DNA of 45,478 nucleotides from Burkholderiaceae bacterium (GCA_018262475.1 JAGSYW010000001.1:1-45478), one strand, 5' to 3'. Shown: positions 8,629 through 17,367, counted from the stretch's first letter. Made by a program: numbers and translations. Notes: generated from the letters alone by a model not told the origin.

Positions 8629-9444
8629 TCATTTACCTCCCAGCAACCGCTTGAAGAAACCGGGTTTCTCGTAGGTGGTAAACCGCAGCGGTGTTTCCTT
8701 GCCCAGGAAGCGCGAAATGACATCCTTGTAGGCCTCGGACACGTCCGAATCCTGCATGTGGATTACGGGTACGCCCTGATTCGATGCGGTCAGTACGTCA
8801 TCGGATTCCGGAATCACGCCCAAAAGCGGAATGCGCAGGATTTCCTGCACATCCTGATAGGGCAGCATCTCGCCGTCTTCGGCCCGCTTGGGCGAATAGC
8901 GCGTCACCAGCAAATGTTCCTTCACCGGCTCACCGCCTTCCTTGGCGCGCTTGGATTTCGCCTGGATGATGCCGAGAATCCGGTCAGAATCGCGCACGGA
9001 TGAAATTTCCGGGTTGGTGACCACGATCGCTTCGTCGGCGAAGGTCAGCGCCATCAACGCGCCCTTTTCGATGCCGGCCGGCGAATCGCAAACGATGTAT
9101 TCGAACCCCATCTCGATCAGTCCCTGAAGAACCTGCTCGACGCCCTCTTCCGTCAGCGCATCCTTGTCTCGGGTCTGGGATGCTGGCAGCACGAACAGGT
9201 TTTCGCAGTTCTTGTCCTTGATCAGCGCCTGATTCAGTGTGGCTTCACCATGTATCACGTTGACAAGATCGTACACAACGCGCCGTTCGCATCCCATGAT
9301 CAGATCGAGATTGCGCAAGCCGACGTCAAAGTCGATCACGGCAGTCTTGTGGCCACGCAATGCCAATCCGGAAGCAAAACTGCCGCTGGAGGTCGTTTTG
9401 CCGACACCGCCTTTTCCGGACGTAATCACAATAATTCTTGCCAA
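8629..9444 (-). CDS. minD: Septum site-determining ATPase MinD
   Basis: (M)ARIIVITSGKGGVGKTT deviant Walker A motif, 271 aa. The start codon is TTG (9442-9444), 7 nt after GGAG. Confidence 0.95.
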   Translation of the reverse strand: MARIIVITSGKGGVGKTTSSGSFASGLALRGHKTAVIDFDVGLRNLDLIMGCERRVVYDLVNVIHGEATLNQALIKDKNCENLFVLPASQTRDKDALTEEGVEQVLQGLIEMGFEYIVCDSPAGIEKGALMALTFADEAIVVTNPEISSVRDSDRILGIIQAKSKRAKEGGEPVKEHLLVTRYSPKRAEDGEMLPYQDVQEILRIPLLGVIPESDDVLTASNQGVPVIHMQDSDVSEAYKDVISRFLGKETPLRFTTYEKPGFFKRLLGGK

Positions 9445-9468
9445 GATAAAACTCCTTTGCGTAAAAAA

Positions 9469-10212
9469 TTACATGGCACCATTAACCGGTTTGATACGAA
9501 TTTTATTGCCGTCCAGTCTGATTTGCGTAGGCAAACCTTTCTCGACGGTAGCAGCAAATGCTTCATTGGTGCTGTAAACACCGGCAATCGACACCAGCTC
9601 CGCTTCCATGCTCATGGTGAAAATCCGCGCCTGCGTATTGCCGCTGGCGCCAGCAGCCGCGCGCCCCTTCAACGGCGCATAAACATGAATGCTACCATCC
9701 GCAATCACCTCAGCCCCAGGATTAACAACGGCAGTGATGATCAGGTCCGCGTTTTTGGCATAAACCTGCTGGCCGCTCCTGACAGGCGTATCGACGAAAA
9801 CCGCCGGCGCTGCCGGCACTTCCACTGGCGGCGCCTGAACCGGCGCGGGCGCTGGCTGCGGCTCCTGTGGCACTTCAGCCGCTGGCTGCGGCGGAATGCG
9901 AGGCTGCGCGGCAATTTCATCCAGTGCCAACCCGTTCGAAAGAATCTGCTCTTGCATGTGCTGCGGCGCATTGCGAACCAGCACCGGATTGAGCCTGCAT
10001 GAGCGAAACAGCGCCAGAAGCTGTTTCCAGTCGATGACCGCATCTTCGGACAAATGCCCGATATCGATCACGGTGAAATCATTCTCGAAGAAATCCTTTT
10101 CCGGCCCAGCCGCTTCAGACAGGGCGACCTCCAGACCACCGATATCCGTGCTGTGCAAGACCGCGGTCACGGTAAGCATGCTGGTGCTTTTTAACTCAAG
10201 AGTTTTCTGCAT
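9469..10212 (-). CDS. minC: Septum site-determining protein MinC
   Basis: Internal ATG at 10210-10212 (MQKTLELKS...). Pro/Ala-rich linker, then a C-terminal beta-helix region (VRSGQQVYAKNADLIITAVVNPGAEVIADGSIHVY). Confidence 0.9.
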   Translation of the reverse strand: MQKTLELKSTSMLTVTAVLHSTDIGGLEVALSEAAGPEKDFFENDFTVIDIGHLSEDAVIDWKQLLALFRSCRLNPVLVRNAPQHMQEQILSNGLALDEIAAQPRIPPQPAAEVPQEPQPAPAPVQAPPVEVPAAPAVFVDTPVRSGQQVYAKNADLIITAVVNPGAEVIADGSIHVYAPLKGRAAAGASGNTQARIFTMSMEAELVSIAGVYSTNEAFAATVEKGLPTQIRLDGNKIRIKPVNGAM

Positions 10213-10732
10213 TTTTATTACGAAATTTTCAACACAACACTGAATTGCCACCGCGCGCCACTTCCGTTACGCGTTCGCATGCGCCTGCCATACTCCATTG
10301 ATGGGAAACAGTCGCTCAACCGTGACCAACTTCGGGATTGTAAAACATCTCGCCGCGCGAAACGACATCTTGTTTGGGCTTTTGCAGCCTGAGCAGTAAA
10401 ACAACAGCCTTCAGGAAAAATGCCGGCATATTCTCCCATCCCGGCCGCTGGCAGCGAGCGGCTGAAAAATGCCTTGATACGCGCTGCAACCGCTTGAGAA
10501 ACGGTTGCCAAGTCTTCGTAGCTTTCTTCGTTCGCATTGCATTTGCTGACATATCTCAAAGTGCGCCGCAGCCTGATGGCGTACGTTCTTCGGCAGGCAT
10601 CCAGCCGTTTCATTCATAAAGATATCCTGAAAGACAATAGCTGCCGGCGTTGACACTCCGGCGCGAAAGACTTTGGCTGCATTGGCGCATCTGCTGGCAG
10701 CCAGAAAAAATCACGAAATGAAAGGTCACCCC

Positions 10733-11107
10733 ATGAAAACCAGGAAAATCGCACTTGGTATTGCGTTGGTATTGGGCCTGCTCGGCCTGACTTCCTGCGC
10801 CGATATGTCAACCCGAGACAGTACAGTCGTCGGCGCCGGTGTCGGCGCCGTGACTGGCGCCATCGTTACCAACAGTGCTGTCGGCGCGGTCGGTGGCGCG
10901 GTCGTCGGTGGCGTCATAGGCCATGAAATTGGACGGCATAACAACCGCTATCCGCCAGACAAGTATTACTACAACGAATCCAACGGCCGTTACTATCACC
11001 GGCACTATCGCCGCGGCCATACCAAAGTCCGCTGCAATGATGGCGCAATCCGCAATGCGAGAGCGAACGCCTGCCGCAACCACGGCGGCGCAAAATACTA
11101 CTGGTAA
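10733..11107 (+). CDS. Glycine-zipper lipoprotein with a Tyr/Arg/His-rich tail
   Basis: ATG at 10733. Lipobox LGLTSC. Gly-zipper GAGVGAVTGAIV...GAVGGAVVGGVIG. Confidence 0.7.
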   Translation: MKTRKIALGIALVLGLLGLTSCADMSTRDSTVVGAGVGAVTGAIVTNSAVGAVGGAVVGGVIGHEIGRHNNRYPPDKYYYNESNGRYYHRHYRRGHTKVRCNDGAIRNARANACRNHGGAKYYW

Positions 11108-11172
11108 AAGCGAACACTGTTCACGCCGTCCGCCACCAGTTGAAAGCCATTTTCATAAAGAGTAATCAAACG

Positions 11173-11205
11173 AAAAGGCCGCAGAAATTCTGCGGCCTTG
11201 TTTGA
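11173..11205. terminator. Bidirectional intrinsic terminator
   Basis: AAGGCCGCAG-AAATT-CTGCGGCCTT has T-rich runs on both strands. It lies between convergent genes. Confidence 0.6.
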
Positions 11206-11223
11206 ATTGCGAAAAGAACGAAA

Positions 11224-11865
11224 TTAGCGCGCCAGCCCCGGGAACAGACTTAACAACCCACCCGCCATCAGCTGCACCGCCATCGCGGAAAGTATCAATC
11301 CCATGAGCCGGGTAGCGATGTTAAGCCCGGTAGTGCCGAGCCGCTTGCCGATCGGCCCCGCCAGCAGCAGCACCCCACAGACAATCGCAGCAATCAGGAT
11401 GATCCCTGCACTCAGCATGAGTTTCCCCGACCAGCCCGCCGCCTGATGCGCATCGACAATGGTCAGGCTGATTGCACCCGGACCCGCAAGCAGCGGCACG
11501 GCCATCGGCACCACGGAAATATCGTCTTTCGCTTCAGCTTCGTCCTGCTCCGCCTGCGTGTGCCGCACCCGGCTGATTCTGGCATCAAACATGGCGATGG
11601 CAATGATCAACAGCAAGATACCGCCGCCGATGCGGAAGGCAGGGATTCCGATGCCAAAAAACTTCAGCAGGCTTTCTCCTGCCCATACGGAGGAAATCAG
11701 GATGGCAGCGACAGCAACGGCGGTCTTGAGTGCCGTCCGGCGCATTTCTTCAACGCCTCTGCCTGCCATCAGCCCGAGATAAATGGGAATTGCCCCGAGC
11801 GGGTTCAGAATGGCGAAGATGCCGATAAGATAAGTCAACTGTTCCGCTAGCACTGCTTCAGTCAT
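11224..11865 (-). CDS. MarC-family (UPF0056/NAAT) membrane protein
   Basis: Start MTEAVLAEQLTYLIGIFAILNPLGAIPIYL, multi-TM. ATG at 11863-11865 follows GGAG. Confidence 0.85.
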   Translation of the reverse strand: MTEAVLAEQLTYLIGIFAILNPLGAIPIYLGLMAGRGVEEMRRTALKTAVAVAAILISSVWAGESLLKFFGIGIPAFRIGGGILLLIIAIAMFDARISRVRHTQAEQDEAEAKDDISVVPMAVPLLAGPGAISLTIVDAHQAAGWSGKLMLSAGIILIAAIVCGVLLLAGPIGKRLGTTGLNIATRLMGLILSAMAVQLMAGGLLSLFPGLAR

Positions 11866-12014
11866 TGGCGCTCCATGCAAATTACTGCCTCACAAAAAAA
11901 TTTAGCGATCTGTCCCCATTATTCTTTCGTCGCGCCAATTTCGTTTGGTACAATCAAAATGCAGCATATTCGTCTTACAACAATTATTGCAAGCCTTTTC
12001 ACTAGGAGAAGACT

Positions 12015-12251
12015 ATGAAAACTGTGGTGACGATATTGACTTTTGCCCTTTCCGCAATCGCCGTTTCAACTGCGCATGCACAAGCCAGTTGCATGAAGGA
12101 CTGCGACACAAACGCAAAACAATGCATTGCCAAACATTCTAAAGCAGACTGGTGGGGCAACAAGATCGCGACGCCTGAAGGAGAAAAAGCCTGTCAGGAC
12201 AGTGCGCGAGAATGCAGAAGAAATTGCGTAAAACAGATGTCGACAAAATAG
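12015..12251 (+). CDS. Small secreted cysteine-rich protein (78 aa, 6 Cys after the signal peptide)
   Basis: AGGAG SD motif, signal peptide MKTVVTILTFALSAIAVSTAHA. I recognise no family. Confidence 0.5.
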   Translation: MKTVVTILTFALSAIAVSTAHAQASCMKDCDTNAKQCIAKHSKADWWGNKIATPEGEKACQDSARECRRNCVKQMSTK

Positions 12252-12364
12252 CAGCCGACTCTTTTCTATTCAATGCAGCTTGGCACGAAGGCTCTGATGG
12301 GCGCTGCAGCGGCAGTCAGGGGCTTCGCGCTTGCGCTATTTTTCGTTCAGCAATGAAAAAATGA

Positions 12365-12480
12365 GGGGTATATGGCCAAAACCATGCCACAGGCCACATT
12401 TTTAGAGGATGTTTTTAAATACTGGATGGAGTATATTTTTAAGGCCTTACTGACCAAAAATGCGTTTTGGTCAGTTATTT
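12365..12480 (+). repeat. Dispersed ~115-nt repeat, copy 1 (most complete)
   Basis: GGGGTATATGGCCAAAACCATGCCACAGGCCACATTTTTAGAGGATGTTTTTAAATACTGGATGGAGTATATTTTTAAGGCCTTACTGACCAAAAATGCGTTTTGGTCAGTTATTT. The terminal hairpin CTGACCAAAA/TTTTGGTCAG is perfect and is followed by TTATTT. Confidence 0.85.
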
Positions 12481-12553
12481 CAAAGCCAAGCTCAAGCACT
12501 TGAATCCCTGATGCATTGCTTCAACGGTCGCCAGAACAGCAGATTGAGCCTCC

Positions 12554-12997
12554 CTACCCCTGAACAGCAGAATCAGCAACCGATTGCATAATCTGGTGCC
12601 AACCCGGCTGCGCATTTTTACCGGCCGCGATAAATGCTTCATTCAACTGCCGCAACTGGGTCGCAGTCAGTTGCTGTTCCAGTTGCTGTCCGCTTTCTGT
12701 CAAGCGCAGTTCCTTGGCGCGACGGTCGTGTTCCGCCTTTGCCGTTGCAACCAGCCCCATGTCAATCAACTGGCGCAACGGACTGTTCAGCGCCTGCTTC
12801 GTCACTTGCAACGTATTCAGCAACGAGGTCACCGTCATGCCGGGATGACGGGCAACGAAATACAGAATGCGGTGGTGTACGCGCCCCAGCCCGCGGCGCT
12901 CCAGGATTTTGTCCGGCAGCGCGGTGAACGAGCGGTACGCGAAATAGAACAACTCGATCGATTCAAGCGCCGCTGGATTGTGATTTAGGTCAACCAT
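12554..12997 (-). CDS. MarR-family transcriptional regulator
   Basis: 147 aa with a winged helix-turn-helix region (HHRILYFVARHPGMTVTSLLNTLQVTKQALNSPLRQLIDMGLV). Divergent from the aminotransferase gene. Confidence 0.85.
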   Translation of the reverse strand: MVDLNHNPAALESIELFYFAYRSFTALPDKILERRGLGRVHHRILYFVARHPGMTVTSLLNTLQVTKQALNSPLRQLIDMGLVATAKAEHDRRAKELRLTESGQQLEQQLTATQLRQLNEAFIAAGKNAQPGWHQIMQSVADSAVQG

Positions 12998-13064
12998 ATT
13001 GACATATTTACCAACAATCGCTACTGTGTCAATAGGTCAACAGCATTGAAATAACCCTCATATC

Positions 13065-14207
13065 ATGAATTCCAGAACAACACGCTTTTCGCATCGCTCC
13101 AACGACCTGAAACCCTCTCCCGTACGCGAAATCCTCGCCGTGATAGACCGGCCGGGAATGATCTCGTTCGCCGGCGGCTTGCCAGCAGCGGAAAGTTTTG
13201 TTTCGATGGATCTCGGCACGGTGCCGCAGGAAATGCTGCAATACGGCGCAAGCGAAGGCGAAAAGGCGTTGCGCAACAAGATTGCTGCCTCCGTCAACGA
13301 ACTGGGGCTGCAATGCTCGCCCGAACAGGTATTGATTCTTTCCGGCTCGCAGCAAGGCATCGACCTGATGGCCAAACTGTTCATTGACCCAGGCACCACC
13401 ATCGCGGTTGAAAATCCCACCTACCTCGCTGCGTTGCAGGTGTTCCGCTTTTTCGGTGCCAGCTACCAGCCGCTCGACCGCACGCAAACGGATTTCGGCC
13501 TGAACCAGTCACAAACGCCGCCGGCCTTTGCCTACGTCATCCCCTCATTTCAGAACCCGACCGGCTATTGCTACACCGCGCAGGAGCGCATCGCATTGGC
13601 CGAAGCCTGTGACCGGCACAACGTGGTGCTGTTTGAGGACGACCCCTACCGCGATCTGGTTTTCGACCCGTGCGAACGCACGCCGGTCTGCGCCCACGTC
13701 AAGCGCGCTTCGTGGGTTTATCAAGGCTCGTTTTCCAAGATACTAGCTCCCGGCTTGCGGCTCGGCTATCTCGTGGCTTCGCCCGATCTGGTGCCCTACC
13801 TCACCCGGCTGAAACAGGCAGCGGATTTGCACAGCAGCCGCGTCAGTCAATGGGCGGTGCTGAATTTCCTCAACGACCCCGGCTACGCCGACCGGCTGAA
13901 AAATGTGGCAGAACTGTATCGGCGCAAGCGCGATGACTTTGCCGCCGCGCTCAAGCGACACTTCTCCGGCTTGGCGCAATGGCAAATGCCGGCCGGCGGC
14001 CTGTTCTTCTGGCTCACACTGAACAACAGCATCGACACCGAAAAGCTGCTGCCGACCGCCATCGAGCGCGGCGTGGCATTCGTGCCTGGCAAACCGTTCT
14101 ACGCCAACGAAGCCGAAAGCCACGGCACGCTGCGCCTGAACTTCAGCCATGCCTCTCGCGAACAGATGGATACCGGCCTCAGCATCCTGGCCTCGATGCT
14201 CAAATAA
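13065..14207 (+). CDS. PLP-dependent aminotransferase (class I/II fold)
   Basis: 380 aa. SFSKILAPGLRLGY holds the PLP lysine. NPTG and FEDDPY motifs present. Confidence 0.85.
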   Translation: MNSRTTRFSHRSNDLKPSPVREILAVIDRPGMISFAGGLPAAESFVSMDLGTVPQEMLQYGASEGEKALRNKIAASVNELGLQCSPEQVLILSGSQQGIDLMAKLFIDPGTTIAVENPTYLAALQVFRFFGASYQPLDRTQTDFGLNQSQTPPAFAYVIPSFQNPTGYCYTAQERIALAEACDRHNVVLFEDDPYRDLVFDPCERTPVCAHVKRASWVYQGSFSKILAPGLRLGYLVASPDLVPYLTRLKQAADLHSSRVSQWAVLNFLNDPGYADRLKNVAELYRRKRDDFAAALKRHFSGLAQWQMPAGGLFFWLTLNNSIDTEKLLPTAIERGVAFVPGKPFYANEAESHGTLRLNFSHASREQMDTGLSILASMLK

Positions 14208-14236
14208 GGCAAACTGCCCGCCTCGCTTGCGGGCAG
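14205..14236 (-). terminator. Hairpin terminator between convergent genes
   Basis: CTGCCCGC-N7-GCGGGCAG (14214-14236). The minus-strand version is followed by TTTGCCTTATTTG. Confidence 0.5.
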
Positions 14237-14278
14237 CCGCCTACCGCTGAAATCCCCGGCACCGCGCTTGCTCCGGCC

Positions 14279-14965
14279 TCAATCAGCGAGGAAAGTCGCA
14301 AACGCGGAAACCGGCTCGCGCTCGGACACCAGGCGGTTGATCGGCTCGTTCATGTCGGCATACCCGAGCGCCATGCCGCTAATCAGGATCTCCTCCTGAT
14401 CCAGCTTCAGCTCCGATGCAACCACACTATGAAAATCGCTCCAACCAAACTGCAGGCAAGTGCCCAGCCCGCGCGCACGGGCGGCGATCATGAAGTTCTG
14501 GAAAAAAGCGCCGTAATCAATGTAATACGCCTGCGGTAAGCTGCGGTTCAAGGTAAAGAACAAACCGACCGGCGCGCCAAAAAATTCGAAATTCTTCCGC
14601 GCCTGCAAGCGCATGCGCTCGCTGTCGCCTTTCTCGATGCCGACTAAATCGTACATTGCGAAACCAAGCTTCCGGCGGCGGGACATAAACGGCTCGATGA
14701 ATTTTTCCGGGTAGTACGGGTAAACGCTCTTGAATTTTTCCGGCCCGGAATCGAACGCCTGGCACACCGCCCCGGTTACGCGCTTAAGCGCCCCTCCGGT
14801 CAGCACATACGCCTTCCACGGCTGCAAGTTGGTGGACGAAGGCGCGCGCGAAGCCAAATCGAGCAGCTCCGTCACCAGCGCAGCCGGAACGGGCTTATCG
14901 AGATAGGCACGAATGGAATGGCGGCTGCGAATGGCCGCATCAACAGCGGCGACGGCATCAGTCAT
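14279..14965 (-). CDS. Nitroreductase-family protein
   Basis: Internal ATG at 14963-14965 follows GGAG. RHSIRAYLDKPVP and SSTNLQPW are typical nitroreductase motifs. Confidence 0.85.
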   Translation of the reverse strand: MTDAVAAVDAAIRSRHSIRAYLDKPVPAALVTELLDLASRAPSSTNLQPWKAYVLTGGALKRVTGAVCQAFDSGPEKFKSVYPYYPEKFIEPFMSRRRKLGFAMYDLVGIEKGDSERMRLQARKNFEFFGAPVGLFFTLNRSLPQAYYIDYGAFFQNFMIAARARGLGTCLQFGWSDFHSVVASELKLDQEEILISGMALGYADMNEPINRLVSEREPVSAFATFLAD

Positions 14966-15135
14966 GAAACGCTCCTCAGTGGAAATAACACGCGCCATTA
15001 TGCACCAGGGCTCTGCCATCCAACACCTGATTCGCATGGAATGGAAATAGATGTCGAAACGAGCGCGTCACGCCGTTCAGCCAGACAGCCTGCGCGCCGA
15101 TAACTCGACGCACGCCGAACTCCGGCAAAAAATGT

Positions 15136-15250
15136 GGGGTATATGACCAAAACCAAGCAATAGGCCTTTATTTTGCTGGCTGTTTTTAAATACTAGATGG
15201 AGTATGTTTTTTAGCCTTAATGACCGAAAATTCATTTAAAGTCAGTTATT
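15136..15250 (+). repeat. Dispersed ~115-nt repeat, copy 2
   Basis: GGGGTATATGACCAAAACCAAGCAATAGGCCTTTATTTTGCTGGCTGTTTTTAAATACTAGATGGAGTATGTTTTTTAGCCTTAATGACCGAAAATTCATTTAAAGTCAGTTATT. Roughly three quarters of positions match copy 1 by eye. Confidence 0.8.
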
Positions 15251-15398
15251 GGCGTTATGGGAAGGACATGGCTCACTGTTGCTCGCACGCCAGCCCATAA
15301 TCTGCAATACCAGCCATGCAAAAACGGCGTAGAGTACGATCTGCGAGAATTTTCCGGCGCAATAAATTGCCGGCAACAGTCCGAACACCGTAAATCTC

Positions 15399-16733
15399 AT
15401 GAAAACTCTCAAACGCTCCTTCTGGGGCTTTCTCTTATTCTTAAGCTTGTTGTGGTGGCTGGCAGACACTACCAAATGGTCATCCCTGAATGACATCTTT
15501 GCCTATCGCGGCGTGCTGATGCAGTACACCGGCATCATCGCCATCGGCGTCATGAGCGTCGCCACCATCCTTTCTGTCCGCCCCATTCTGCTGGAACGGC
15601 CGTTTGACGGTCTCGATAAAATGTACCGCCTGCACAAGTGGCTGGGCATCGCCGGTCTGGTCATGGCCGTTGCGCACTGGCTGGTGGTCGAGGGACCACG
15701 ATGGATGGTATCGCTCGGCTGGATAGTGCGCACCTCGCGCCGCATACCGCCGGCAATGCAGGAAGGCTCGCTGCAGCACCTGCTGTCGCTGCAACGCGGC
15801 CTGGCAGCCAAAATGGGAGAATATGCCTTTTATCTGGCCGTGCTGCTGATAGTTCTCGCACTCATCAAGCGTTTTCCCTACCGCCAGTTTTTCCAGACTC
15901 ACCGCATCCTGGCCCTGACCTATCTGGCGCTGGTGTTCCACTCGGTAGTATTCATGCGCTACGCCTACTGGAGCACACCGCTCGGCATCTTCATGCTGAT
16001 ATTGATGGGGCTGGGCAGCATCTCCGCCGTGCTGGCCTTGTTCCGCAAGCGCGTCGGCCGAAGCCCAATAGATGGGCAAGTGAGCGCCATTGAAATGCAC
16101 CCCGCCATTGACCTGATGGAAGTCAGCATCCGGATGGATAAAGGCTGGGCAGGACATGCTGCCGGGCAGTTCGCCTTCGTCACTTTCCACAAGAACGAAG
16201 GGCCGCACCCGTTCACCATTTCCTCACCCGGGGAACAAGAAGGCAACATCAAATTCCTGATCAAGGGCATAGGCGATTACACCCAAACGCTGCCAGAACG
16301 ACTGCGGGTTGGCGATCAGGTCAAAGTGGAAGGCCCATACGGACGTTTCAATTTTGACGGCGATACCCAGCGACAGATCTGGATCGCCGGCGGCGTCGGC
16401 ATTGCCCCGTTCCTTGCAAAAATGCGCGAGAGAGCCAGGCAATCCGACGGCAAGGTCATCGAACTGTTCTACTCGACCTCGACCCACAATCCGGCTTTTG
16501 CCGCAGAATTGTCCCGCACCGCTGCAGAGGCCAAGGTTCAACTCCATTACCGCAGTAGCAAGCAGGACGGGCGATTCGATCTGGAAACCATCCTCAATAG
16601 CGTGCCGGAATGGCGCGAAGCCGATGTCTGGTTCTGCGGCCCCGAATCATTTGGTGCGATGCTGCAACAAGGATTCGCCAATGCAGGCGTGCCCGAGAAA
16701 CGGTTCCACCGCGAACTGTTCGAGATGCGTTAG
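15399..16733 (+). CDS. Ferric-reductase-domain / FNR-like flavoprotein fusion (bacterial NOX/FRE-family homologue)
   Basis: 444 aa. His pairs H79/H93 and H168/H181 sit in TM helices with 13- and 12-residue spacing. HPFTISS (FAD), GGVGIAPF (NAD(P)H) and FCGP motifs present. Confidence 0.85.
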   Translation: MKTLKRSFWGFLLFLSLLWWLADTTKWSSLNDIFAYRGVLMQYTGIIAIGVMSVATILSVRPILLERPFDGLDKMYRLHKWLGIAGLVMAVAHWLVVEGPRWMVSLGWIVRTSRRIPPAMQEGSLQHLLSLQRGLAAKMGEYAFYLAVLLIVLALIKRFPYRQFFQTHRILALTYLALVFHSVVFMRYAYWSTPLGIFMLILMGLGSISAVLALFRKRVGRSPIDGQVSAIEMHPAIDLMEVSIRMDKGWAGHAAGQFAFVTFHKNEGPHPFTISSPGEQEGNIKFLIKGIGDYTQTLPERLRVGDQVKVEGPYGRFNFDGDTQRQIWIAGGVGIAPFLAKMRERARQSDGKVIELFYSTSTHNPAFAAELSRTAAEAKVQLHYRSSKQDGRFDLETILNSVPEWREADVWFCGPESFGAMLQQGFANAGVPEKRFHRELFEMR

Positions 16734-16841
16734 GCGGCGACTGGTTCCACTCGTTACCCGCCCCGCATTCTGGCACCGCCGCCCATTTCGGACAATAAAA
16801 AGTGGTCAGGCCCGTATGAATGCGAGCCTGCCGCTTGGGTT

Positions 16842-17150
16842 TCAGGTCGAGAGTTTGCGCCCGAGCTGGTTTTCCACCGCATCGACCTTGCCTTTCAGAC
16901 GGTTGACGCCGCCTTCACGGTAGTCGATCTTGATGCCAACGCCAATGCGCTTGCAGTCTTTTTGCAGCTCCTCGAAACAGGCGTCAACGACGTTCATCAC
17001 TTCCCGCCATTCTCCTTCGAGGATGGTTCCCATCGGGGTGAGTTGATAAGCAACGCCGCTTTTGTCGATGATGTCGATAATGCGAGAAACGTATTCGACC
17101 AGTTCCTCCCCTTTGTCGCGCGGGGCCATGGCAAATTCCAGTAAGACCAT
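16842..17150 (-). CDS. MTH1187/YkoF-family (UPF0045) thiamine-binding-like protein
   Basis: Internal ATG at 17148-17150 follows AAGGAG. 102 aa, MVLLEFAMAP...YQLTPMGTILEG is typical of the family. Confidence 0.8.
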   Translation of the reverse strand: MVLLEFAMAPRDKGEELVEYVSRIIDIIDKSGVAYQLTPMGTILEGEWREVMNVVDACFEELQKDCKRIGVGIKIDYREGGVNRLKGKVDAVENQLGRKLST

Positions 17151-17367
17151 AAGAATGCTCCTTGAAGAGTAAGAGACGACGAGCTCATTATGCACCCGAA
17201 TATCGAGTAATGCCCCTACTGAATATCCGGTCTGAAGATATACCAAGCAAGCAGCGCCTTTTGATAACCATTCCCCCCCGGGTGGACGGCTATGGCCTTT
17301 TGGCCTTATGCTGCGCACCTTGAAACCGATCTCACAACAGTCATCTTCGTGACTGGTTAATTTCGCA

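Noticed and set aside
10261-10420. Possible eighth repeat copy: the minus strand contains GATGTTTTACAAT and GGAGTATGG.
   Set aside because: The two blocks are about 45 nt apart, whereas the family spacing is about 6 nt, and no GGGGTATAT or CTGAC hairpin blocks are present. The similarity is probably chance.
10218-10613. 131-codon ORF ending 5 nt upstream of minC.
   Set aside because: Its position is suggestive, but the sequence is Arg/Cys/Ser-rich and not protein-like over most of its length, and the overlapping frames look equally poor. It is reported as part of the unassigned-region finding instead.
12365-12480. Reading the dispersed repeats as integron attC sites or a CRISPR-like array.
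   Set aside because: Copies are kilobases apart and are not regularly spaced. The ends do not fit the attC RYYYAAC/GTTRRRY cores. There is no integrase or cas gene, and the copies are not arranged around gene cassettes.
12998-13064. Inverted ATTGACA...TGTCAAT repeat in the marR/aminotransferase divergent spacer as a MarR operator.
   Set aside because: This is plausible, but it is only a 7-bp repeat with a 22-nt gap and overlaps a generic TTGACA -35 element. It is too weak to call without comparative data.
15242-15496. 84-aa minus-strand ORF, or a 52-aa version from the ATG at 15400, divergent from and overlapping the start codon of the NOX-like gene.
   Set aside because: The longer form overlaps the well-supported plus-strand gene. 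The short hydrophobic form has only a weak SD motif, and its stop lies inside the repeat copy. The evidence is insufficient.
16842-17318. Full 158-aa version of the YkoF-like ORF.
   Set aside because: Only the last 102 codons match the family, and they start at an ATG with a good AAGGAG SD motif. The upstream 56 codons are not protein-like.
17151-17367. Possible TPP (thi-box) riboswitch upstream of the YkoF/MTH1187-like gene. Strings such as ACCTTGAAACCGATCT and GGGTGGAC look faintly thi-box-like.
   Set aside because: The invariant CUGAGA element is absent on both strands. The partial matches are on the wrong strand and in the wrong order for the ykoF-like gene. cmsearch with the Rfam TPP model would settle it.
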